The notes beneath the pieces were generated by a model, which had not been told where the DNA came from, did not search any database, and saw only the letters and a list, made by a program, of their open reading frames with translations. The position numbers and the translations under genes were made by a program. This document shows, piece after piece, positions 11,364-23,500 of a stretch of DNA of 64,000 nt. Numbering within the stretch: position 1 is the stretch's first letter; each line of letters starts with the position of its first letter. The DNA comes from Pocillopora damicornis (Eukaryota): the NCBI RefSeq assembly GCF_003704095.1, contig NW_020845755.1, forward strand, positions 434,001 through 498,000, given 5' to 3'.

Positions 11364-13668
11364 AAGTGGTACCGCCCAACCAAAATCAATGCACATATAT
11401 AAAAGATCATTCGGATGAATAGCGTGGGCCATGACGGGAAATTTTTTTAGTATTTTTTAGTATTTCAGAGGTCTTTGGAGAAAGTCTTGCGTATCACTGT
11501 TTTGGAACGATGCCTTTTCCGATGATTGTCATTTCACTCTTTGAAATTCATATGGTGCTTAATAGTTTCCGACAGTTTACACGAGGTGGAAAGCAGTATA
11601 GCTGAAATGGTTCCCAAGAGAGTAATTTTTGTTCTTGAATGCTTTGTATGTCGGCTTAACGCTCTAAATAAAGGCGTCGGTCTTTCGGATGGCTTACCAC
11701 ATCCTGTTGACCCAGCTGATGACCCTGTGTTGTTTGTGAATAATTTTGTAACAAAAGCCTAATTCTTTGCACTTCCTTTACGAAGAAATTAAACACAGGA
11801 TTATTTTTAACATACCATTTAAAAGGATTGTAACTAGATCTGTGCACGTACCAACAACCCGGAAATTGTCTATATTCTGTAAAATGCCCAGATTTTTGCT
11901 CAAATTGTAATTTTCCTTTAAGTAGAGATTCTTCGTCCCTACGTAGTTACATTCTTCTAATTACTTGGTCAATATGAATTCAGAGGAAGTAGGCCAAAAA
12001 TAGTCTACAATCAAAGCTCACCCCTGTCTGAGCATAACAGGAATTAAGTCAGTGTCACGGCTTGTAAATTTTTTCTTCCGTAATGATCTGTCAATCGATA
12101 TTAATACCCCTTCTGAGTTTCCGCAAGGTTTGATACTACTTCCTGTCAACCTGAATTTGGTAATATTCCAAATTGCATGTTTCCGACCTCCATTACGAAC
12201 AAACAGATTGTTCTTGGAAAACAATCCTTATAACCTCGAAATTTGAACAAAGTTGTTTACTGCCGTTTTAATAGATTAAAAACAATTGGAACCACAAAAA
12301 TGTCTTTAAAATTTGTTGAATTTTATTGCTTATAACGTAACACTGCATTTAACGCAAAGTATAAGTGGGACATATTCCAATAGAATATTGTTATAAATAT
12401 ACTAACTATTTAATTCCCCATATCTAAACATAATAAATAAATGAAATCACTCAATTTAATTAGCAACTAAAAGAGGTGAAGCCTTGCTAGAAACAGAACA
12501 ATAAGTTACTGCTGTGATAAGAGCATATCTTGATAAAGAACTTCAATATTTCAGGTAGCAAACAAAGTCCATCTGAATTCAAGGAGACAAAATTTACAAT
12601 AATTTATTAATATGAACTTTATTGCTCTCAGGGAGTCAGACAAACTAAAGATAAAAGATAAAAATATCAAAATCAATTAACCACTGTTTATATCAACTAA
12701 AACTGTTAATTATAAGTTAAACAGACCAACCTAAAGAGTCAAATTCCTGTCAATAATAATGATGGCAAAATTATCCTTTAAATTCAATTTGTAGTGGTGC
12801 TTAGTTAAACCTAAGCAAAATTAGTGCAAATAAATATTTAGGTCACTTCTTTCTTGTATTTTTACATTCTTTAGTCACTCCCTACAATTTGGGTAGTGAA
12901 GTATAATTCTCCATAAATAAATTAAATTTTTGCAACTAAATTTGACTCTTTAGATGTCTTTAAGGGTGTTATACATAATAGTGCAAATGTAATTAAAATT
13001 CTGTGATATGCGAGGGATGGCCTCACCAATAAATAAGTTTAAATTCGAAGAAAAGTTTAGCTGCTATTTACACTAGTATGAGCTGTTTCAAATCCCTGTA
13101 AAAGTTATTTCTTTGAAAAAAGGAGCATCTTTAACTGGTGGCAATGAGTTTTCTCATAACAGTAATTAAGAAACTCTGTGCCGAATATTTCAACCTTTGA
13201 AGATTCTTTTTTTAAAAAAGAAAGTCTAAAAAATTAAGACTGTTTTATCTTTTATGCATGAGTAGGTATAGTCTTTGATTTGAAAACATATTTCTATTTC
13301 ACTTTCTGTATCATAAAAGATCATCCTACACTTGGAATAAAACACACCTACTGCACAAACAATAGTTGCCTTTGCTGGTTTTAAAATTCCCAAACAATTG
13401 TATAGTCTTGTGAACATAATTAAATTACCCTGGAAAATCACCTAGGGAAAAAAACCTTATCAAATATAATCAACCCTAATCTAAAGAATGATTTTATGGC
13501 TTTTCTTTCACATGAAAAAGGATGAAAACTAGCTCGGAAGAATTTGTTATCTTAACAAGTTTGATTAGGTTCTTGATCTTTAACAGAGGAATGGTTCAAG
13601 ATGCACCATTTAACACTGAAAAGGACAGCCACAATTTATGCTTTTTTTAAATTCCATGAAGCTGATTG

Positions 13669-16292
13669 TCACCAGCCTTGCTGGTACAATAGGTATTTCT
13701 TCATTGGAACTGGAATAGGAAGCTTGTCTACATTTCCTTTTGTTAGGTGCTCTTTTCCAATGGATTTGCGTATTGTACGTCTGCAGAGATCCATCAGAGG
13801 TTGAGGTTCAGCTACAAGAAAAAAAAGAAAAAAAGGATCATGAGCAAGGTTGGAAAAAAATTTTCTCCTAGTATATACATTTACCAATATTGCAAACACA
13901 GTCATGCAAATTCTATACTAAAGCCAATTGCCTCAGCTCAACTGCACAAGTTATCAACTTTCAGTTATTGACAGATATTTCTATTTTTCCATGATTATCG
14001 AAATCAGTCTATTCATTTTGCTGTTGTCATTTTTTTCTGGCCTGGAAATTTTATACCTCTATAAAAAACTACATTAGTCAGCACTTTATAAAGTAAAGAA
14101 CCTTCAGACAGCATACTACTCAACATGAAAAAAGGTTCTTAAGAAAAGAATTGTCTCATAAACATAGCAACAGGTGTCCTGGTCCAAAGCATGAGTGAGT
14201 CACTTAGTAACCAGGCAGCCTTACCAACTATTTCTTACTGTGTTGAGTTTTACAATAATTTCTTTTTTTCATTGTAAATACCTGGATATAAACTGATAGA
14301 TTTGATCGACTTGACTCAGAGGTAAATTTGCTCTAGAATCATTATATTGCTAAGACCGAAATCTTCTCAGTTTGAAACAACAATAAGGGTAAAAGTTTTG
14401 ATCACAAAAAAAATGTGAAATATCCTTCATATTTATTCTTAAGTGTCATCATTATTTCAACAGTATAGGATTTCTTTTTTGTCGGCAATGAATTTTGGTT
14501 TCCTGTGGTAGGAAATTTTGACAAGGTTGGTAAGGAAAGGTAATTCATGTTCTCATACCCTGCCTTATTAGAAAAATGTGCGATTCTTTGATATGATTTT
14601 TGAATTCTAAAAGCTGACCTACTTTTGAATGGTTTTGTGGCAAACGCTTTCAACGTTCTCTACATGCAACAGGTGGTTTGGCACGCGCCACGCTCATTGC
14701 ACCAAAATAGCTGCTATGTGATCTCATTGTTCCTTTGTTTGCACCCAGCTTTAGGGATAAAAAAATCTTACAGAGAGAGACAACTTCTCAAAGCCTCCGA
14801 TACAATACAAAGGCTATTTCCATATTGTTAAAATGGAAAAAAACAGTTATAGTGGAAACTTGACAAATTCTCTCAGGCGGAAATGACAAGTACGGTCCCA
14901 ACGGATAAGAAGACTTCGCTCCAAATGAAATATTAATTTCCATTCACCCATTGAAACAATAAAATCGGAAGCGAAGATACTGTCTTAATTTTGCTGAGCT
15001 TTTGAGATAAACTTTAAGCGAAAAAAAAATGATAAAAACCGCTAAAAACTATGGCAAATATATATTCAAGACATAAACAAAACGAATCCGCTCATCAAGA
15101 AGAGGCACATGAATCAATGAGACGAACGAAACTATTCCTACTAGAAAAGCATGGGCTTTCAGTTTCGATATCTTCTTGCTTCTTTAGAAACTATTTGACC
15201 GAATGGATTTGGAAAACGATAGGTTAAGGAAAAGCGAAATTTTTTGTTTCTCGAAAACCGTAACGCAGATCGATGAGGTCATTTTCTCATGTGACGTAAG
15301 GGAAGTTAAAATCACATGGGAATGAATATTTCAACCCCAAAACATGGCAATACATTTTTTTACGATCAATTTTAAATTCCTCTGTCAAAAGGATGAGGAA
15401 TAGAAGAACTGAATCAGTAAAAAATAAAGATCTGTTTCAACAGCTATTGACGGGCAAAACATACAATATGACAAGTTTAGTGAAAAAAGAACTGTAAACA
15501 ATGGGTCTGCGTTCATGCACGAAACAAAGGACTACTAACACAGAGAGAATTCGCTGGCAAAAAGAAAAAGTGCTACTTACGATCTAGTCCACCGATGTAT
15601 TTCATAGTGATTTCACAATGTCCCCACACGGCTGAGACTATAGGGTATACAGTTTTCCCTTTCATTCCACGGAAAGCGACTCCTAAATAGCGTCCATCGT
15701 TCGTTTCAAAAGCCATAGTTCCTTCATCCATGTCCAATATAACGCGAAATTTGTCAGGTACCACAAAGCTATGATCATTGTCAGACAAAACTGGATACTT
15801 TACTGACGAAACGTTCTTTTCGTTGTGGTAGAGCTTGTTTCTAACAATGTCCCATCCCCAACTATCCTCGTTGTTGCCGACCAAGGATTGATAGCCAGTA
15901 CAGTGAAGAAGGGCTTTTGATGTAGCTACCCCTACTACTGCGTGTGTCCCACGTTGTCGGGTTGACCACTGAATCTCCCAGACGTGAAAACCTCGACTAT
16001 AACCCTTTTTTCCTCGTATGCAGTCCGTACTCTGTGCTACTGGATGTCTGTGAAAGGTAAACGGGTCGTCGTCTTTGACGAAAATGTTAACCGATCGATC
16101 GTTCGGGTTCCAAGCATGTTCTAACAAAGCCTCTTCCGGTAGAGGTGGACGATCGAGTAAAATGTCTAATTTTTCTGGTCTCGCCAAGTCTCTGGCCCGA
16201 TCTTCTTCTTGAAAGACATTGAGCGATTTATAAACCCCTTGTCTATTGTCATTGTGGTCGTTCCTTTTCACGGCCGATATTCTTGATCCCAT
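13669..16292 (-). CDS. SPSB1: SPRY domain-containing SOCS box protein (SPSB1/4, gustavus type), 284 aa, 2 coding exons
   Basis: Exons 16292-15581 and 13811-13669 (phase 1, 855 nt). SPRY motifs [60 protein letters not shown] box [15 protein letters not shown]...[13 protein letters not shown]. Confidence 0.95.
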
Positions 16293-19200
16293 GTCGAGAA
16301 AGGGATAGTAGAAGAGAGAAGTGTAACTGGGATGTAAAGGATCCAACGTGGAGGCTTGACGCACTCTTGAAAATATTCTCAAGTTGTTTTCTCGAGGTGA
16401 TTACAGGTCCCAATTTCTACCTATCATTCAAACTTTCTTTGAGTCAAGATTTTACAACCTTTCCTCCGACCAAAAATATTTAAAGCGTTCCGACTTGTTT
16501 CAAAAGAACGTTCTATTCAACGAAATCAAAACTCGCATGAAATACGTGCGTGCTTGTCTGAATTGACTCACGTAATTTCTCGGTGAGAATGTGGTTGGCT
16601 TTAACTAAGACAGTGGTTAAGTCTTGGCTAAACCTTTGAAGGCGACTTTCGTAACTTACCAGTTCTTCTTAAGAATGAATGAGAGTTTTTGCTGAGACTC
16701 CTTTCAAGCGACCGATGAATGCCCTTTGTTGTGCTAAGAAAATTTTCAGTTCAATGTTATTTATATCCTCGAACAAGTGAATGGAGACTCTCACGCATGC
16801 GTTATAACCAGTCAAGCGTGAATGGTTTATTACAACGTGTATCACACGAGCTTCATACCGACTTCCGGTTTGCGTGAAAACACGTTCTCCCGGATACGAG
16901 AATTATCACAGGGATGGCTGTTGCCGTGTTCACCGCTTCAATAAGAAAGCATTTTTCATTTTCGAGATAAGTAAATGAAATTTCTCATTCTTTAACATAA
17001 TGATGAGAAAGTTAAAGCAAGATTTCCTTTAAATATTCTTTTTATTTTAAAGCTCGAAACCGAAGCGAATTCCATTCAACTGTTATCAGCGTCAAAGTTG
17101 TATGGCAATCAATATTTAATCGTTCAATAGCAAGGAGGACATTGACTCTAAGTGAAACAGGTGATTTTAGCACAAGTTCAATAGAGCATAAGAATAACAT
17201 GTGTTCGCTGTGTGCAACAGAACGACCAAAACAGTAAAGTAAACTGCTGTAAATTTCATTTTGAATCATCTACTACTTGATCGCGTGGCTTATTTTCGAT
17301 CGATTATATCATGACTTAAAAACTGTTTCGTGACCGATGGTTTTGAGTGCATAAAGAACTGATAATCCAAGGTTTTGTCAAACTGATGAGCAAGGCTTAA
17401 AAACAGTTAAATTTTCCTTCAGTGCTGAACGCATGAATGAGCCACACGCAATCGAAAGATAAATTTCAGAACTCTTTTGCACTTACCTCAGCCTTCACTT
17501 ATTACGATCATTTTAAATTTTGCCCAAAATTCGTGAAATGATACAAAAATTACAGTTATTTGTTTTTTTGAAGAAGACATCTTTTTCAGAGCCAAGGAAA
17601 TCCAAAGGGAGGAAAAAGCACGCTCCAGCGCCTAAAGTAACTGTCGGTTATGGCTTAATAAATGTCGTCGAGACGATTGCTGTGCATTTTAATTTCAAAA
17701 GCACTATTCACTTCCCTTTAGTTTTCATGCCAATTTAGTCCCAACCCTCCCCTTCAACATTTGTAGGCCAAACTCCACGACAAGTTTGTGACATTGCGTG
17801 TGCTACGCGCGCGTTCTGCGTGGGTTTACTTTTTTGCGTCATTCGGGCGTTTGCGGTTGACGTGATGAAATTCCCGCCCGGACGTAAACATTGCCGCTTC
17901 GTGAAACATTTCAAAGTAGCGAAGACTTCTCGTGAATTTCAAATTTTCCAGGAATGTCATTTTACTGTCTGTATTGTTCAAGATATTGGGTAGGAAAAAT
18001 CCTACATGATCGTGATCGAAGATTTGATCAAGAAAATTCATTGAGACGTGACATTGCATGATTGCCGTCATGTTTGCCTACTGATCCCATATTTATCGGG
18101 GTCACGGTTTCCATGACATTCAAGTACTTTCTCGTAAGTTCGATGCAGGGTTCAAAATTTCATTGAATAATGCTGGCTGTATCATTATTTTGACAAGCTT
18201 TCATCTGAGACAGCAATGAACAAAACCAAATTCGTGACTTTCACTTTAGTTGCGTGTAACGATTTGATGACTGCGATAAATGAACCGTTGAATATATAAT
18301 TAGTTCATGCAAACTGAAATAGAACGGAAAGCAGAAGGAAGTCAAGTGCTGCGAACCACGCAACTCCTGTTTATCGTTTGTATCAGGAGGTCATGCTCTG
18401 AATAAATTGAAAATAATGTCGGCCACTGTATATAACGGCATATAATTTTGCGCGTTGCTGTTGAATTGAGATTACAGTGTACATTTGAGACAAATTTCAT
18501 TGCGTGACCAGAAAATCAAACGTGTTAGTCAATCTATAGCATATATCATAAGTTTCTAAATTCTTTGTTTTCATGCAGTTTAAGACTAAAATGGCAAAGT
18601 CTTTAAAAACCTCTGTGATTACACAATAATGAAGGATTATGCTCTTATCTGCTGGGAGTTAATCCTTCATTGTCGAGAAGCACACGTAAAAATACTTTAC
18701 TGAGGGTCCTGTAGGGACCTCAATTCTATGGGTGTATCGGCTCTCAACCCACGAATAAGGAATTGTGGTCGTGGTCTTGTTACGAGACTAACCTGGCCTT
18801 TGGCTTCATACGACGTTAGCCACCCAGGCTTCCGTAGCAATTACGTCTCTCGTGAATCCTGTCACTCTTTCTCGATACTTTTCTAAAGTTCTCATAGAAA
18901 GCTCAGATATTGACAAAGTACAGGAGTCCATTGGCTCCTGCAAAGTATCACTCTAAATAAATTCTATTTACTTCGTACACAATCGAGAGGCCGTTGGAGG
19001 AAAGAGCGGGTGTGACATTGCACCCGTTTTCGAAAACGACTCCTACTGCTGAGAGCATTCACCCCAGAAAACACTTTATGAGTTTATCCACGCGTTTGTT
19101 CAAAACAGCAGAGACTAATAAAATGGATTGCCTAAAAGTTGTGTGCATTCGATCTAAATTTACATCTTCGATGAAAAAGAATCTGATTCACTAGCACTAA

Positions 19201-19317
19201 AGAATCTGTCCAATCTGCCAATAAACTTGTAAGGCAACCGCTAGAAAGAAGTTGTTGGTTGGGGGAAGCGGAGCGGGATCATTATTACATCGAAGAGAGG
19301 GGGTGGGCAAGGGGGGG

Positions 19318-19712
19318 NNNNNNNNNNNNNNNNNNNNNNNNNNNNNNNNNNNNNNNNNNNNNNNNNNNNNNNNNNNNNNNNNNNNNNNNNNNNNNNNNNN
19401 NNNNNNNNNNNNNNNNNNNNNNNNNNNNNNNNNNNNNNNNNNNNNNNNNNNNNNNNNNNNNNNNNNNNNNNNNNNNNNNNNNNNNNNNNNNNNNNNNNNN
19501 NNNNNNNNNNNNNNNNNNNNNNNNNNNNNNNNNNNNNNNNNNNNNNNNNNNNNNNNNNNNNNNNNNNNNNNNNNNNNNNNNNNNNNNNNNNNNNNNNNNN
19601 NNNNNNNNNNNNNNNNNNNNNNNNNNNNNNNNNNNNNNNNNNNNNNNNNNNNNNNNNNNNNNNNNNNNNNNNNNNNNNNNNNNNNNNNNNNNNNNNNNNN
19701 NNNNNNNNNNNN
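19318..19712. other. Assembly gap (395 N)
   Basis: Run of N. ORFs crossing it are artefacts. Confidence 1.
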
Positions 19713-20163
19713 GCTACGCTATTGGTGGGAGTATGGTGACGAGAAAATAGGAATAAAATAGTTGAAAAGCGCTCGTTGATACCGTGGGGATTAAGAGTGC
19801 CGATTTCGATTTGTTTTTGTTCTAGTGTTCTGTGGCTTTCCGAACTGCCTAGATGTAAGGAAAGGCCGCAAACTGCCATAGGGTTTTTTTGAACGATTAG
19901 GGAGATTAAAGTGTCTAGCGACTGGTTTGGATGCGTCCTTGTCATTTCTTTCCACGTCGCGAAGGTGTTCTCGGAATCGGTCACCTAGTCGTCGTCCTGT
20001 TTCGCCAATGTATAACTTATTGCAATAAGTGCAAGTTATGTAGTAAATGACATTGGCGGAGGTACACGTAAAGTGATCAGTGATCTTAATGGATCTCTTG
20101 CGTCCCGATATTTTCTCTACATTATGAATGAAAGGACAGGTTTTGCATCGTGAGCGAGCGCAT
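19713..20163 (-). mobile_element. Penelope-like retroelement fragment: Cys-rich linker plus GIY-YIG endonuclease, frameshifted
   Basis: CARSRCKTCPFI...FTCTSANVIYYITCTYCNKLYIGETGRRLGDRFREH...PVARHFN continues after a frameshift as MAVCGLSLH...GTLNPHGINERFS and runs into the gap. Confidence 0.9.
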
Positions 20164-20551
20164 AATTCCGCACACTTCAAAGCTGCCACTCTTGCCATCC
20201 AAACATAGCTGAAAGTTATCCAGAGTTAAACATACAAAAGTTTTCTTTAGGAAATCGTCTCCAAACTGACTCGCACCTCAATTATCTTTAGAAATCACGT
20301 GGAAGAGCGAGTCTCCCCTACGTCAAGTGTACTTTCAGTGGAGATAACCGAAAGAGAGTTAATTCTACATTGTTTTCAGTTTGAACCACAAAGCTGCCAA
20401 AAAGTCACAACCGAGCCATGTCGACCGCTGGTTAGTTCACGGCGGTGTTAATGAACGGTCAGCGGTACTTGCTTGCCCTAAGCAATAGTTAACGAGCGTA
20501 ACTCTAAGAGGAGCTTATTCGAGTAATAATACTTTGATCAACACTGAAACT

Positions 20552-23500
20552 ATGGGTGAAAAAAAGCTAGGGTACATTCCAAACTATGCCAGATTCATCA
20601 TGGGTGGATCAGCCGGGTGAGTATTGATTGGTGTTCATTTCAATGAGGTGAATACCCACAAGATCACGACTAACTTGGAATCGCGCGCCAGTCATAATGA
20701 ATATTTAGTAAATGTACGTGGCACTCTCTTTTGTTTGGTATCAATATCAAAGTTTTCATGGTTTACCATGCAACGCATCTTGCATGTGTAAATTTGAGGT
20801 TCTGACGGAGAGATCAACAACCACTGTTTGATGTTATTCCGAAATTGTCAGACATTTGCTAGTTGTTTCACGTGATAATCTTGGGATAAATTAATAGCAA
20901 TCTCAGTGGTTACATTTGCGCATCGCTACCCTTCGCTGCGCTAGGTTTTGTTTCTTGCTGACTCAGTGTTGTTTAGAAGCTATCCAATACAGGATTCTGA
21001 ACTTGCTGCTACGTTTTGCTGTATGTATGTGAGACCTTAAATTGACGTGCAAATTATGGACACTGCTTATGAGGGTCTCCAATAGGTTTTTCGGGATCCG
21101 GGATTGGGCTCATTTAAAGGCGGGATCCGGGAATTTAAACTAAGAAGGGAGCGAGATGTGGGATTGCTATTATGAATGAGACATGGGAATCGGCGATTTT
21201 GAGGAGTGGGATTTGGGAAATAATCGCTTAAATGAACCAAGAACTGGGATGTCTGTTGACAAAAATTTATGAAGAAATTTATCTTCTCAGTCACAAAAAG
21301 CACCAGGCATACAGGTTCTCTAGCATTCAAGAGCCGGTTGGGCTGTTTAGTGACATTTTTCAGTTATTGTGCAGGAATGAAAATTATATCAGATGTGAAG
21401 TTTGCCACTCCATCCTTGGAAAGAGAGGCTGATTTTTACCTCAGAAGAGGTTCCCACTTTGGAAGAAGTATCCGATTCAACAGCAGAATTTCTTTATCTC
21501 CATTGCTGTGACCTTTTGTGTTTTATGCACTAGTTGAAATTGTTATTCATTTCTTTGATAATGACCTGTCTGTACTTATACATTTGTCTGTGATTTAAGT
21601 TTAATGAAAGGAAGTCAATACTGTGACTAGCACTTGTTATGCATGCAAAACTTTTAAAACTTCTAAATTAAACAATATTATCATTTTGGTGAAAAGAGAT
21701 AAACTCACGCTTTACAGTGACTATGGACTTCAATGGATCAATGCTGGTTAAGAAAATCATCACCCACCAGAAATACCCTTCTAAGTTTAGGAAATGGGCT
21801 AAGACAAAATTGTATGATTGGGATCAGGATTGGCAGGTATAAACCATTGGGATTACAGGATTGAAAGAAAATTTTAGTCAGGATAATGGGATTGAAGAAC
21901 CCTATTGGGAACCCTCCTTGATCAATGGAATTATACTAGATTTTGATGCTCGCTGGATATGAACAATCCGACATGAATAGATTTCTCTAAAATGCCCTGT
22001 ATTTATTTTCACTGAACAAAGACCGGCTTGATATATTACAACTTTAATGCCAATCAACTTTAAAATAGCCCTCAAGCAGACTTTGCAGTGAAATAAGCTA
22101 TTACTAGGTCCATGTATGACCTATTGAGTCCAAGTATAAATAAACACAATATAAGAAATATGTAAACAAACAAGATAGAAAATCGCATGCGGAGAATTTC
22201 CATTTGAGGTAGATAGATGGTGCTATGGCTTGTGCTATGACGCCAAAAAAAGTTGTGAACGGAATATGCAAAAGTTGCAGCATTTGCAAATTTTCATTGT
22301 TAAATATGGAAGTGGAAGATCTGGCTTTGTATCTCTGGAAAATTTATGTGTCATGTCAATTTGTAATGGGAGCCATGGATGATCTTTGTGTTATAAGGAT
22401 ATAGAACACAGGATCAATCTTATCTCAGTCCAACCTAAGAAATTTTCTCTCTTGATCTTCAATGATATTGGGTAGCAGGCAAATTACTAATATCAAGGTA
22501 TTTTAGTGATTGTGCTCACAGATACCTTTGTAGTTACTGCAGTTTCACTAGTTGAAATCTGAAATGTTTACCATGTGCAGTTTGCATAACTGCAAAGAAC
22601 ATTCCATTAATTTAAAAGGCACTTCACTAGTTTATCTGATTGGTGTATAAGATCACCTACCGATTTTGCTTCTATTTATAGTGATCAAAAAGCTTCCACC
22701 ACCTAATCAACATTTGGATGTAGGGAATTCATGTTTGAACTTTAAGCCTAAAATGTTAAACATTCCAGTAGGCTGTGTGCAGAGGCTCGACTGATGTCAT
22801 CTGTTGAAAGTGGACAGAGGGCTCACTTTTGACTATAAATTTGTGATTAAATTCCATGGAGCATGTCTGTGTTCTTGTATACATCCTGGCAGCACTCCAG
22901 CAATGAAGGAGATTATAAGAGCTTGTTCCTTTTGTAGTGGGGAGAACTCTCAACTCATGCTATTTTTTCATTTAGTTTTTCCAATTTTGTTGCTGGGTTT
23001 TGGTTGTGAGTTAAAAGGTCAGCTTATGTATAGAAAACCCAAGAGGCTTTTAATTAGCCTTCTCATTTTAAGAAGTGGAATGGTATTATGGTATTGCCTC
23101 TGATAGTGAGACCTGTGATACCCATTGTTTCCATAAACACAGCCCCAGTGGATATGATAGGCAATCATGATTTCCAGTGACATACAGATCAATTTATATT
23201 TGATTTGAAGACGGTAACAAGTAAGTTATTTACAAGACATTGATAGTTTTGATATCATGTATAAACTTTATCAAGGTATTCAGTGGTCTTGAGGTTGAGT
23301 AGAAAATAAAAGCACTAAGGTTGATGGAATTGCAGACGTGCAACTGTAAGAGAAAACCACATCTGACCTCTATGCTGAGCAACCTGGCTATTGCAAATAA
23401 TCAACCTCTAAGCCTCATTTGCACCAAATTTTTCTCAAATCTTTGCCACCCTATTGTTGTTTCATAGGGTATTCTTTTGATCTTAATGCTAAAATTCATC

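Noticed and set aside
11526-12246. Short ORFs and exon-like segments between gene A' and SPSB; a PQGLILL/PAGLILL echo with the 8.5 kb segment
   Set aside because: No consistent spliced frame or homology could be built. The short peptide match is on opposite strands and likely chance.
19241-19761. Long ORFs of 163-247 aa spanning the N run
   Set aside because: Artefacts of translating the assembly gap.
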